From positions 1-64,000 of IMG/VR virus record IMGVR_UViG_3300041411_000085: a stretch of DNA of 64,000 bases. The stretch is one strand, 5' to 3'. Both the position numbers and the translations under genes were made by a program. The notes under the pieces were generated by a model, which was not told the DNA's origin, did no database searches, and saw nothing but the letters and a program-made list of their open reading frames with translations. The DNA comes from a virus. This document shows, in pieces, positions 52,621-62,497 of the stretch; the first letter of the stretch is position 1; each line of letters starts with the position of its first letter.

Positions 52621-53280
52621 TTGGATTTAATAGATTTTAAATTTTTAGGATGTGGAGGTATTTATAAGATAACCAACACAATTAATAGCAAGTGTTATAT
52701 AGGCCGAACCAAATGTTTTTATAGAAGGTGTTCTGAGTATAGAGGAGCCTACAGAAATAAAAACATAGGAAAAATCAATGAATATATGCTCAACTCTATG
52801 TTGAAGCATGGGATCGAATCTTTCACTTTTCGAATAATTGAGATGTGTGAGTATGAAGACATGTTTGAAAGAGAAAATTTTTGGATGGATTATTTTAATA
52901 GTCATGACAAATCATTAGGATATAATCTCAGGAAAGATTCTTTGGGTGGTGGTATGGAAACACATCCGAGTACATCTAAGAAGATAACGGAACGACTTAA
53001 GAAAGAATGGTCTGAAGGTACAAGAGATGGTCATTCAGACAAGCTGAAAGCTTCTTGGGAATTCAGAGACAGAGATGCACAAGCCGATCTGATGTCAAAG
53101 AACTTGACAAAGTGGAAGTATCTGGTATCTTTGGATGGGATCACTGAAGATCTGCTATATAAAGATTTAGCTGAGCTTGGTCTTAAGAACTGCGTCAGTA
53201 CTTTCTTCCAAAAGAAGAGTGATGTTGTTCAGTTCAAAGGGTATACTATTGAGAGGATCAGATTGGATGATGTCGCATGA
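52621..53280 (+). CDS. GIY-YIG homing endonuclease inserted within the polymerase gene
   Basis: GIYKITNTINSKCYIG...R...RE..W...GYN. Confidence 0.92.
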   Translation: MDLIDFKFLGCGGIYKITNTINSKCYIGRTKCFYRRCSEYRGAYRNKNIGKINEYMLNSMLKHGIESFTFRIIEMCEYEDMFERENFWMDYFNSHDKSLGYNLRKDSLGGGMETHPSTSKKITERLKKEWSEGTRDGHSDKLKASWEFRDRDAQADLMSKNLTKWKYLVSLDGITEDLLYKDLAELGLKNCVSTFFQKKSDVVQFKGYTIERIRLDDVA

Positions 53281-53764
53281 GGAAGAAGTTTCAGTAATTC
53301 AAAGCCTGATCAAAGACGGTAAGGTCAAGACTAAAGGTGCTTATGAAGTGATGCCTTTTGACAAGATTGGTTGGAATAAAAACCAATCAGCAATGGTTGT
53401 ACCAATGGCTGCACTTTATCACCTTTTGGATATGGGTGATTACGAGGATTTTATTCGGTTACATAAAGATAAATATGACTTTCTTTTGAGGACAAAAGTC
53501 CCGAGAAGTAGTAAGCTGTTGCTCGTTACCCAAGATGGTGAAGAAATACAGCTTCAGAACATTTGTCGCTATTATCCCTCGAAAGAAGGTGGTAAACTGA
53601 TTAAGGTGATGCCTCCATTGGTTGAAGGTGGTGAGTGGCGACGATTAGGTATTGACACCAGTTGGGATGTGAAACCATGTAACGACATCAAGGACTTTTC
53701 TTGGGATTTGGACTACAGATATTTTGTCCAAGAAGCAAAGGCTTTGATTGATTCTGTAAGCTGA
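53267..53764 (+). CDS. Family B DNA polymerase, C-terminal part
   Basis: Short new leader, then DGKVKTKGAY (the KxKG motif that normally follows RDVNxY) and LDYRYFVQEA; GAGG SD before the ATG at 53267. Confidence 0.8.
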   Translation: MMSHEEEVSVIQSLIKDGKVKTKGAYEVMPFDKIGWNKNQSAMVVPMAALYHLLDMGDYEDFIRLHKDKYDFLLRTKVPRSSKLLLVTQDGEEIQLQNICRYYPSKEGGKLIKVMPPLVEGGEWRRLGIDTSWDVKPCNDIKDFSWDLDYRYFVQEAKALIDSVS

Positions 53765-53847
53765 AAAGAAATTGAAAATACCGCTGTACAAACCCAGTAA
53801 ATCATGCGAGAATGGCAGTACAAATTAAATTGTAAAGGAGAGAAGAG

Positions 53848-54117
53848 ATGACAGTAGTAATTGATCGTGAATTGAATGGTGGCACTCAAGTAGTTCACCG
53901 CTTTGAGAATAACTTTGGCGCAAGTGTTGTACGCCATAATTTCTCTTATGGGGGTGAAGATGGTTTGTTTGAGTTGGCTGTACTGACCTTTGAAGGCGAA
54001 GCAAATGATTATGAGTTGACTTATAACACTGAAATTACTGATGATGTGCTTGGTCATTTGACTGAAACAGATGTAGCAGAATTGCTAACTAAAATTGAAC
54101 AACTGGAGAGTAAATAA
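53848..54117 (+). CDS. Conserved hypothetical phage protein
   Basis: FENNFGASVV...SYGG..GLFELAVL; AGGAG SD. Confidence 0.7.
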   Translation: MTVVIDRELNGGTQVVHRFENNFGASVVRHNFSYGGEDGLFELAVLTFEGEANDYELTYNTEITDDVLGHLTETDVAELLTKIEQLESK

Positions 54118-54757
54118 CATGTCTAACTTTACATATGCCGTGGTAGAAAAAGCAACTGGCCTGACCCTTGAAGCAACCACTACACGCGAAGAGGCGAGAG
54201 CCGTGAAACGTGAGTTTGAAACTTACAACTCTGGCAATCAATTTCAGATTGTACAGTTTGTTAAGTCTAAGGTAGTACGATGAGCAAAGTAACTGTACGA
54301 GATATCCAAAAGATTGGTGAAGTCACAGCTACACTTGAGTACGAATTCTCCACCATTGAAGACTTCTTTAAATATGAAGATCGTAAAGTTCAGAATATTA
54401 AAGATGCCATCAGCAGTATTTATGGTGAGAGTGAACAGTCTGCTGTAGTGGATATTAATGTGAAGAAGAAGGAGACGAAACATTGAAATCTGAAGAAGAA
54501 TTGAAAGCTATTTCTGAAGAGTGGCTAACCGGACTGATTGACACTTGGTTTTGGGAATATGGAGCTTGGGATGGCTTTGTAGAAGATGAAGAAATCACCG
54601 ATGATAAACTTGAATGGATTCAGAATAATATTCGATTCACACATCAAGCGAGTATTAAATAAAGAATTTACGGGAACGTAGATAATGATTCGTAAGAATC
54701 AACCCCTCACAATAATGTGAACAAAACTTATACACAACTAAATAGAGAAAATTAAAT

Positions 54758-55441
54758 ATGACTAACAAAACTGAAGTGATCGTTCGTGACTTGCCTAAAT
54801 CGGGTGGTCTTGAAACTGTAAATATCTATATCAAGAACGCCGTTGTATTTTATGCAGCAGTTCACGAAGCCAAGAAAAAATATCAGAGTGAATCGAAAGA
54901 GTTCAGCGCTCAAGTGTTTGTGGACGAGGAAGCTAAGGACCGTTTGCTGGATGAAGTAATGGTGAACAAGACCTTTGCCGAAGTTGGTGTAACGAAAACA
55001 TCGAAACCGCCTCGGAAGATTAAATACATGACATCTGATCAAGCCGAAGAGGGTAAGGTTAACTATGACGTGGTTAAAGGTCTGTGGGGCTTCAACGTAG
55101 CAAAGCCTGAGTTCAGTAAGAAGAATAACCCGATGACTGTGAATGTTATCAATACCGAGGGTGAAGCTTTCACAGATAACATCGGCAACGGTAGTGTTGT
55201 TAACTTGAAATTGTTTGGGTATCGGAATGTTGACAATCAAGTTGTAATTACTTTGGATACTGTTCAAGTTGTTGAACACATTCCGTTTGAAGGTCGTACA
55301 GCTTCGGATAGCGTTGATGACGATATTCTTGGTAGTTATAAAGTGAAGAAGGTTGAAGCTAAGGCTGCTGAAGAGGAAGCTCCAGCACCTACTCCGCAAC
55401 CTGAACCAGAAGATGACCTCGGATCGGATTTGCCGTTCTAG
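54758..55441 (+). CDS. Single-stranded DNA-binding protein (T7 gp2.5-like)
   Basis: IGNGS motif, acidic tail ending DLPF, in the replication cluster. Confidence 0.75.
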   Translation: MTNKTEVIVRDLPKSGGLETVNIYIKNAVVFYAAVHEAKKKYQSESKEFSAQVFVDEEAKDRLLDEVMVNKTFAEVGVTKTSKPPRKIKYMTSDQAEEGKVNYDVVKGLWGFNVAKPEFSKKNNPMTVNVINTEGEAFTDNIGNGSVVNLKLFGYRNVDNQVVITLDTVQVVEHIPFEGRTASDSVDDDILGSYKVKKVEAKAAEEEAPAPTPQPEPEDDLGSDLPF

Positions 55442-55459
55442 GATAAATAAGGCTCAAGG

Positions 55460-56062
55460 ATGAGCCATTTTCAAACGAGAGTGTTAATGAAAAAGAATAA
55501 ACTTGTCTGTGGAGTTGGGGTTAATGATCTAGGCAGACCTGTGTATTGGAAAGAAAATGGAAAGTATGTTATCTGCCCAATATACCGAGTTTGGAAAAGT
55601 ATGTTGGTCCGTTGTTATGATAAGAATTTCCACCATAAAGTCACATATGCTGAGTCCTATGTAGTACCTGAGTGGCTTCGGCTGAGTAATTTTGAAAAAT
55701 GGATGGAGCAGCAAGATTGGAAAGGTAAAGAATTGGACAAGGACATTCTTTTTCAGGGAAACAAGATTTACGGTCCCGAGACTTGTGTTTTTATTCCTCA
55801 CGACTTGAACGTATTCCTGATAGATAGTGCAGGCGCCCGTGGTGAATACCCTATTGGTGTTTCTTTTCATAAAAACAGTGGTCAATTGCAAGTAGATTGC
55901 GGTAATCCGTTTACACGTAAGAGAGAATATCTAGGTCTTTTTAAGGATGTACAAGAGGCACACTTAACATGGAAAGCAAAGAAACATCAACATGCACTAA
56001 CTTACGCAGAGCAACAAACAGATCCACGAATAGCTGAAGCGCTTCGCACACGCTATCTGTAA
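55460..56062 (+). CDS. Homing-endonuclease-like protein
   Basis: GVGVND...W..ML.RCY...W...SNF..W...LDKDIL..GNKIYGPETC.F.P..LN...P.GV. Confidence 0.75.
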   Translation: MSHFQTRVLMKKNKLVCGVGVNDLGRPVYWKENGKYVICPIYRVWKSMLVRCYDKNFHHKVTYAESYVVPEWLRLSNFEKWMEQQDWKGKELDKDILFQGNKIYGPETCVFIPHDLNVFLIDSAGARGEYPIGVSFHKNSGQLQVDCGNPFTRKREYLGLFKDVQEAHLTWKAKKHQHALTYAEQQTDPRIAEALRTRYL

Positions 56063-56226
56063 TTTAACTAGGAGAAACACTATGACTGTAGAAATCGTCA
56101 ACACAGAAGCACAAACACTGAGCAAACTTTATGCAGCACTTGATTCAGCTATTGATAAAGGACAAGCTGACTTGATTAATGTACTGAGTTCTGCAATTCA
56201 ACGACTGACACGATAAGGGGAATAAT

Positions 56227-56478
56227 ATGAAAGAGAAACAAGCGCTGTTTGATCGTAGCTATCAACTGGAACAAGAAATCCTCACTCTACAAGAGGATCT
56301 GAAAGAGTTGAAGTCAGAATTCACTTATGAAAAAGAATATAATACTGACGGTTTCCCAAAAGCTGATGTTGCAGATATTATGAAAGCAGCAAAAGCCAAA
56401 GTGAAACAAGATGACTTGAAAGCTAAGGCAGAAGAATTTAGTAAGCTGCAAGAGATTCAGGATTTGTATTCTAAGTAA
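56227..56478 (+). CDS. Small helical dsDNA-binding protein (GapR/T4 DsbA-like)
   Basis: Coiled coil followed by the GF.K..V..I.K pattern. Confidence 0.45.
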   Translation: MKEKQALFDRSYQLEQEILTLQEDLKELKSEFTYEKEYNTDGFPKADVADIMKAAKAKVKQDDLKAKAEEFSKLQEIQDLYSK

Positions 56479-56487
56479 ATTGTTAAC

Positions 56488-56508
56488 AGGGGCGAAAGCC
56501 CCTTTCTT
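56488..56508 (+). terminator. Rho-independent terminator
   Basis: AGGGGC-GAAA-GCCCCT followed by TTCTT. Confidence 0.75.
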
Positions 56509-56523
56509 GTAAAGGAGAAAGGA

Positions 56524-57468
56524 ATGAGCCTCGTTGTGATTGATGGAGATTTGATCAGCTACAAAGCCTCGGCAGCAAGTGAAACACGAACTATCTTAGT
56601 TACAAACAATTCAAGTAAAGCAAAGAAAGAGTTTGCTAATCGGACAGAGTTTAAAGCTTGGTTAAAAGAGTCTGAGAAGAACATTGAAGATTATTCAATT
56701 ACAGATGTGCAAACTCCTGAGCCTTTAGAGAATTGTTTACACACTGTTAAAATGATTCTACAAGGTATTCACGAAGCATCGGGCTGTGATGAAATGAAAG
56801 TGGTGGTTCAGGGAGAGGGTAATTTCCGTGACAGCTTACTACTTCCGACTAAATATAAGTCTAACCGTACAGACACACAGAAACCTATTCATTTGTCCGA
56901 GGCAAGAGGCTATTTGTTGGGGAAATACAAGGCTGAAGAGGCGAATGGTTGGGAAACTGATGACGTACTAGCCCAATATGCTTACAAAGGTTTTACTACC
57001 AAAAAACGCATTGTACAAGCCACAATCGACAAAGACGCGAATCAGTGCGCCGGTTGGTTATTCAACTGGGATAAGATGCAGAAGCCTCAATTCATTTCAG
57101 GATTAGGTAACTTCGATAAAGAGGGTAAAGGATTTGGTCGTAAGTTTCTCTACTATCAAATTGTTGTTGGTGATCCTTCTGACTGCTACAAACCTACAGA
57201 ACTTGTAAAGGCTAAGTATGGTGCAGCGTCAGCATTCAAAGACTTTGGTGAACTTACCACTGACAAAGAATGTTGGGCTAAGATGAAAGAGCTTTATCAA
57301 ACTTGGTATCCTGAAGAGTTTGTGTACACAGCTTGGAATGGTGAGGAAGTGAATGGTAGTTGGTTACAGATGATGCAACTTTACGCTGACTGTGCGCATA
57401 TGAAACGGTTTGTTGGTGATAGACTGGATGTGAGTACAACACTTGATAAGATGGGGTTGATTGAATGA
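56524..57468 (+). CDS. 5'-3' exonuclease (T7 gp6/FEN-like)
   Basis: IDGD, NFR, YKSNR, ETDD, IDKD and GDPSD motifs. Confidence 0.9.
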   Translation: MSLVVIDGDLISYKASAASETRTILVTNNSSKAKKEFANRTEFKAWLKESEKNIEDYSITDVQTPEPLENCLHTVKMILQGIHEASGCDEMKVVVQGEGNFRDSLLLPTKYKSNRTDTQKPIHLSEARGYLLGKYKAEEANGWETDDVLAQYAYKGFTTKKRIVQATIDKDANQCAGWLFNWDKMQKPQFISGLGNFDKEGKGFGRKFLYYQIVVGDPSDCYKPTELVKAKYGAASAFKDFGELTTDKECWAKMKELYQTWYPEEFVYTAWNGEEVNGSWLQMMQLYADCAHMKRFVGDRLDVSTTLDKMGLIE

Positions 57469-58049
57469 CTGTCCCATCACAAGCAGACATTGCTAAACGT
57501 AAGGCTAACCTTGAAAAGTTCTTAAAAGAAATTGATCCCTTGACAGGTAAAGCAATTGAGTCTAAGATGGTAGGTGTAGTTCGTTCTGCAATTCGTAAGA
57601 GTTGGATGAGAAGTCCTACTAAGTTAGCTTTCCTCTATATGAATACCGTCCCAGACATGGACGACACAACACGCACTAAATGGAAGATTCAGTGTCAATG
57701 CTGTAAGAAATGGTTTAAGATAGATCAGGTAGAATGTGACCATATATCCGGCCACAATACATTCACTAAGTCTTCTGACTTCCAATCTTACTTTGATAGT
57801 ATCTTGATGGTTGGGTTTGATGGATTGCAAATCCTGTGTTCTGCTGATTGCCATCCGTGCAAAACCCTTTCTGAGAAGTTGGGTATTACCTTTGACGAAG
57901 CTGTTGTGGAACGTGAAGTGATTAAGATTTGTAAACTAAAAGCTGCACAGATTGATAAATGGCTTAGTGATCGAGGAGTTAAGGTTGCTAAAAATCCACA
58001 GGCACGAAGGGATGCTGTAAGGGAGGCATTGAAGAATGAGCACAAATGA
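57465..58049 (+). CDS. HNH-type endonuclease
   Basis: CQCC...ECDHI...LQILC...CH..KT; adjacent to the exonuclease. Confidence 0.75.
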   Translation: MTVPSQADIAKRKANLEKFLKEIDPLTGKAIESKMVGVVRSAIRKSWMRSPTKLAFLYMNTVPDMDDTTRTKWKIQCQCCKKWFKIDQVECDHISGHNTFTKSSDFQSYFDSILMVGFDGLQILCSADCHPCKTLSEKLGITFDEAVVEREVIKICKLKAAQIDKWLSDRGVKVAKNPQARRDAVREALKNEHK

Positions 58050-59096
58050 ATACCTAGACAAACTAACCCTTGACCAACTACGTTATGCTCGTGATGAAGC
58101 TGATCGTCGGGTAAAGAAAGCTGAGCAAGGTCCGAAGAAGATTGTTTGGGTTGTCACTAACGGGATGTGTAATGTTAGCTGGCACCGTGAAGAAGATTAT
58201 CAGAAGGCCATCCAATCTTACGTGAACGTTATGCAACGTGAAGGAGTTGTAGAAACTTTCACAGACATGATTGAAGATCGTTCCAGTGTGTATGACTTCA
58301 AACAGTGGCTTCCTGAGATTACTGCTTACTATCAAAATGAAACTGAGTACGAGGAGTGGTTTAAATGACCGATAAAACTAAGATGTCCAACCTTGAATCC
58401 TATCAGGAACTAACTATTCAAATTTCTACTCTTAATCTTAAGCTTGATAAAATTCTAAGTTTGCTAAATAAACCAAACGAAGTTGTAAACATTATTGGTG
58501 TTACTGTCACAGGTAATCTGTCAATTGACGAAGAATTCTTGGAGAACTTCAAATGATTAAAGACTATTGGACAGCAATCTTCTGGTGTGAGTTTGTTCAG
58601 TTTAGTGTTTATTTCAATGTGTGGTGCTCAGTCTTGGGGGTTTAGATATGACTACTAGTAAATTTAAGATTAAAGTTTATATAGATAACGGTCTTATCTA
58701 CAGTTATGATGTAGACTCTCAGGAATCTGCACGGGAGCATTCAGCGGCTATTGTGCAGTCAGGTTATCGACATGTTGGGGTTGGTAGCTTTACACACTTT
58801 CCTCCACACAGGCTTCTCAAAGTAAAAGTTGTAGGAGATATTACAACCAACTTTCCAGACACCGTCGAAGGTACTTGATATGGGAAGTGTTATAGATATG
58901 TTTCCGAAGAAGCCTATTAGCGAAAGTATTACTGTGAAAGTTGATGTGCTGGAATACTGGCGAATTAGGAATGAATTGATTTCTGATGAATTCTCGCTTT
59001 ATAATGCTTACCAGAAACAAGAGATACTCGACACGGTGCTCAATATGAATTACGAATTATATGAGCTTGTAGTTAAGTTAAAGGAAAGACTTAGGG

Positions 59097-59880
59097 ATGA
59101 ATAGGTATAATAAAGCAACAGTTGTGGCAAAACATAGGGAGGAGAATATAGGTAAGATATTTGAAACGGTAAATTTCGGCCCTTTGATCATAGTAGGGTA
59201 TGAAGGCGCATATCATGTGAGTGTCGAATTCCTCAATACTGGAACTTTGGTAACTGGTGCCCAAATGGCCCATATTAAGAGGGGTTTGGTAAGAGATGAT
59301 AATTTACCAATACTCTACGAGAAATGCTTTTTGGGCACTGGTAAATACAAATCAAAACGTGACGGAAAGGACGCAATAGAATACACTGTGTGGAAACAGA
59401 TACTAGAGAGGTGTTTCTTTTTATAATTATCATTGAAACACCCTACCTATCAGGACTGCATATTGAATGATCACTGGAGAAATTTTCAGAATTTTGCAGA
59501 GTGGTATTGGACTCAGAAGGGGTCTGGAAACAAAGTTTGGCACATAGATAAAGATTTACTTAGAAAAGGCAACAAAGAATATGGACCAGATACATGCTGC
59601 TTGATACCACCGGATTTAAATAAGGCACTTAAGTTAAGTAAAACCAGTACTAAAAGTACCCCGGTAGGAACTCATCAAAGGCCTAATGGTGTGTTTGTTG
59701 TGGGAGTTGTTGGAGATTCTTCTAAATATGTTGTAGGCATTAAATGCATCAAAGGCATTTAATGCCTACAAGCTTGCGAAAGAAAACCACCTAAAATCTT
59801 TAGCTGAGAAGTATAAAGAAGTCATAGAAGTAAAAGTTTATGAAGCGGTTTACAACTTTAAAATAGAAATTACAGACTAA
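59097..59880 (+). pseudogene. Disrupted homing-endonuclease-like gene (paralogue of 55460-56062)
   Basis: In-frame TAA at 59424-59426 and a frameshift near 59740-59755; the family-like tail AFNAYKLAKE...IEITD* continues in another frame to 59880. Confidence 0.85.
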
Positions 59881-59893
59881 TTGGAGAAAGAAA

Positions 59894-60667
59894 TTGAGTT
59901 CACGTATTCTAGTAATTCCAGATGCACAAGTAAAAGATGGTGTAGACATTGAACACCTCAAGTGGTGTGGTGAATATCTTGTAGAAAAGAAACCGGACAC
60001 TGTTGTTTGTTTGGGAGATTTCTGGGATTTTGAGAGTCTTTCCTTCTACGACAAGGGTACACTTTCTTTTGAAGGTCGTCGTCTTAAGAAAGATATCGAT
60101 GTTGGTAAAGAAGCAATGGAGTTGATGCTTAAGCCTCTGAAAGATTTGCAAGAACGACAACGAGCAAATAAGAAGAAGGTTTATGAGCCGCGTCTTGTTT
60201 TCACTCTTGGTAATCACTGTGAACGCTTGATGCGTATTCCTAAAAGCTCCCCTGAATTCTCTGGCTTTATTGGTTACGAACTGCTAGACTTGGAGCGTCA
60301 TGGATGGGAAGTTTATGACTTTCTTCTCCCGGTGGAAATTGAAGGTATTTACTTTGTACACTTCTTGGCTAACCCAATGACTGGTAAGCCTTATGGTGGT
60401 ACAGCAACAAGTATGCTGAAGAACGTAGGTAAGAGTTTTGTTCAAGGTCATAAACAAACTCTAGATATCGCTGTACGCCCTACAATTGATGGTAAGATGC
60501 AGATCGGCATTATTGCTGGGGCGTTCTATCAACACGAAGAAGCCTATAAGGGTTATACCGGAAACAACCATTGGCGTGGCATGGTTATGCTAAATAATGC
60601 TAAGGATGGTTATGCTGACCCTTGCTTTATTTCCATTGATTACTTGAAGAAGAAATACGGAGAATAA
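59894..60667 (+). CDS. Calcineurin-like metallophosphoesterase
   Basis: IPD.Q, LGDFWD, LGNH, VH and QGH motifs. Confidence 0.9.
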   Translation: MSSRILVIPDAQVKDGVDIEHLKWCGEYLVEKKPDTVVCLGDFWDFESLSFYDKGTLSFEGRRLKKDIDVGKEAMELMLKPLKDLQERQRANKKKVYEPRLVFTLGNHCERLMRIPKSSPEFSGFIGYELLDLERHGWEVYDFLLPVEIEGIYFVHFLANPMTGKPYGGTATSMLKNVGKSFVQGHKQTLDIAVRPTIDGKMQIGIIAGAFYQHEEAYKGYTGNNHWRGMVMLNNAKDGYADPCFISIDYLKKKYGE

Positions 60668-60803
60668 GTGGAAGACTACAAACTAAAGAACACTGTCAAT
60701 CGCTTGGAGAATTCGGTTGACAGCTTGACTAAAGAAATCTATAATCTTAAGCAGCAACAGAAAGATATGCTTGATCAGATTAGACGCCTGAAGGAGATGA
60801 ATA

Positions 60804-61385
60804 ATGACGGTAGCGGAAAGTGAATTTAAAATCGGGGATCGAGTTGAACTATCTCCATTCGGTATTGATACATTTAAACAAGACGGTTGGGCAGATTATC
60901 GACTACCCTTGATTATTTATGGTGGTGCTCTTGCAAACGTATTTAAAATTGAAGGTGACAAGGTTTGGGTGAAAGTTCATGGAGAAGGTACTGCATTCTT
61001 TTATGAGGATCATTTGAAATTGTTTGGTACTAAAGTAGAGTCCTCAATTGCCCGTCCAATCCTTACAGAACGTAAAGTTGGCAAAGTTCAGATGGACTTG
61101 TTCGATTCAGGCTTCCCAAACGCTGTAATGGAAGTTGCAAAGGTAATGACATGGGCTGCTGAGAACAAAGGCTATAAACCTCACGATTGGATTAATCTTC
61201 CTGACGCTGAGACTTCTTTCCCATCAGCAGCTAGTCGTCATCGGGTTAAAAGTTTGATTCAGAAGGTTGAAGGATTACCTGTAAGAGAGCGTGTAGATGA
61301 AGAGTCTGCAATCTTGCATAAAGCTCACGAGGCTTTCAACATCTTTGCTGAACTGGAGTTGATGCTACGAGGAAAGATTAAATGA
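60804..61385 (+). CDS. DUF5664 (dATP/dGTP diphosphohydrolase-like) domain protein
   Basis: GK..MDL...P.A..EVAKV.T....K.Y....W...AA.RH...D.ES...H.AH...N. Confidence 0.7.
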   Translation: MTVAESEFKIGDRVELSPFGIDTFKQDGWADYRLPLIIYGGALANVFKIEGDKVWVKVHGEGTAFFYEDHLKLFGTKVESSIARPILTERKVGKVQMDLFDSGFPNAVMEVAKVMTWAAENKGYKPHDWINLPDAETSFPSAASRHRVKSLIQKVEGLPVRERVDEESAILHKAHEAFNIFAELELMLRGKIK

Positions 61386-61822
61386 GACTTTTAGGCATTG
61401 ATGTTGACGGCGTAGTAGTAGACACACTTACTCTGTACAAACAAGCTTCACTTCACTTGGAAGATCCTCTAGACTTCTGGCGAGATGAAAACCTTTATGA
61501 TAATCTTGTCCCAATGGAAGGTGCGGTAGAGAAACTTGAGCAACTTAGTAGATATTTTGGTATAGTGTTTGTAAGTCGGCTGAAGGGGAATCATCACAGA
61601 TCGAAGGTTTATTTCCTAAAGAAATACTTTCCGTTTATGACTGGCTTTATCGGTACTCACGAGAAGTACCTTTTGAATGATTCTCTTGTTGCAATGGTAG
61701 ATGACTTAGAGGATAATCTCTCCAAGTTTGAAGCTCACAAGAGGATTCATTTCGGACAAGGTGAATATAAAGATTGGAATACGTTTGATGTTCCTAAGTT
61801 TTGTAAAGAATACTTAAAATAA
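61382..61822 (+). CDS. HAD-family 5'(3')-nucleotidase-like protein
   Basis: IDVDGVVVD, P.EGA, VSR and MVDD motifs. Confidence 0.8.
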   Translation: MRLLGIDVDGVVVDTLTLYKQASLHLEDPLDFWRDENLYDNLVPMEGAVEKLEQLSRYFGIVFVSRLKGNHHRSKVYFLKKYFPFMTGFIGTHEKYLLNDSLVAMVDDLEDNLSKFEAHKRIHFGQGEYKDWNTFDVPKFCKEYLK

Positions 61823-61834
61823 TTAAGGAGAGTT

Positions 61835-62323
61835 TTGGTGTCAAAGAAAGAATGTATCAAGTTCGGTTATGCAATCGGTAATCAACCAGCCATGGGCGAT
61901 CATTGGGAAGTTTGGAAACAAGTAAAAGCCCAATCCAAACTTATCCTAGAAGAAGTGAATGAACTTGAGGATGCTTGTTCAGAAGAAGACCTTCTAGAAG
62001 TGTTGGACGCTGTAATGGATATTAAATATCTGAACACATATCTTGAACATCTACTGGAAGCTTACGGTTGTAAAACAAAGCTTGCTTGGGAGACAGTGTG
62101 TTCAAACAATGCTCAGAAGATTACAACTAGCTACACCTACGCACAAAGCAGTAAAGAATACTTGGAATCTCGTGAAGATGGTGAATTCTATATTGATGAA
62201 ACTTTGTTTGAAGGTGAACGTCTTTATACGGTTAAACGAGTTAGTGATCAGAAAGTAATGAAACTGAAGAGTCATCAGCGACCAGAACTTGATACTTGTA
62301 TTCCTGAAGAGTTCCGAGTATGA
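61835..62323 (+). CDS. MazG-like nucleoside triphosphate pyrophosphohydrolase
   Basis: LILEEVNEL...EVLDAVMDIKY...V..NN..K...D.KV.K. Confidence 0.75.
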   Translation: MVSKKECIKFGYAIGNQPAMGDHWEVWKQVKAQSKLILEEVNELEDACSEEDLLEVLDAVMDIKYLNTYLEHLLEAYGCKTKLAWETVCSNNAQKITTSYTYAQSSKEYLESREDGEFYIDETLFEGERLYTVKRVSDQKVMKLKSHQRPELDTCIPEEFRV

Positions 62324-62497
62324 TTCACGCAAGCACACAAACAGCCCGTCCTAAGCTTCACTGGACAGAAGTTGTAAAAACAGAAATGGATTACAAATCA
62401 ATTGTTGCAACAGGATTGGAGAATGTCCTATTTGATTCGTTTCCAAGTGAAGAAGAGTTTTTTGATTATTTGATGGGTAAGGAAGAGGAGAAGGGGA

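Noticed and set aside
52600-53320. Group I intron, intein or T4 gene 60-style ribosomal bypass in the polymerase
   Set aside because: The insert is almost entirely endonuclease ORF with no space for a ribozyme core. A stop codon excludes an intein, and a hop of about 700 nt is implausible.
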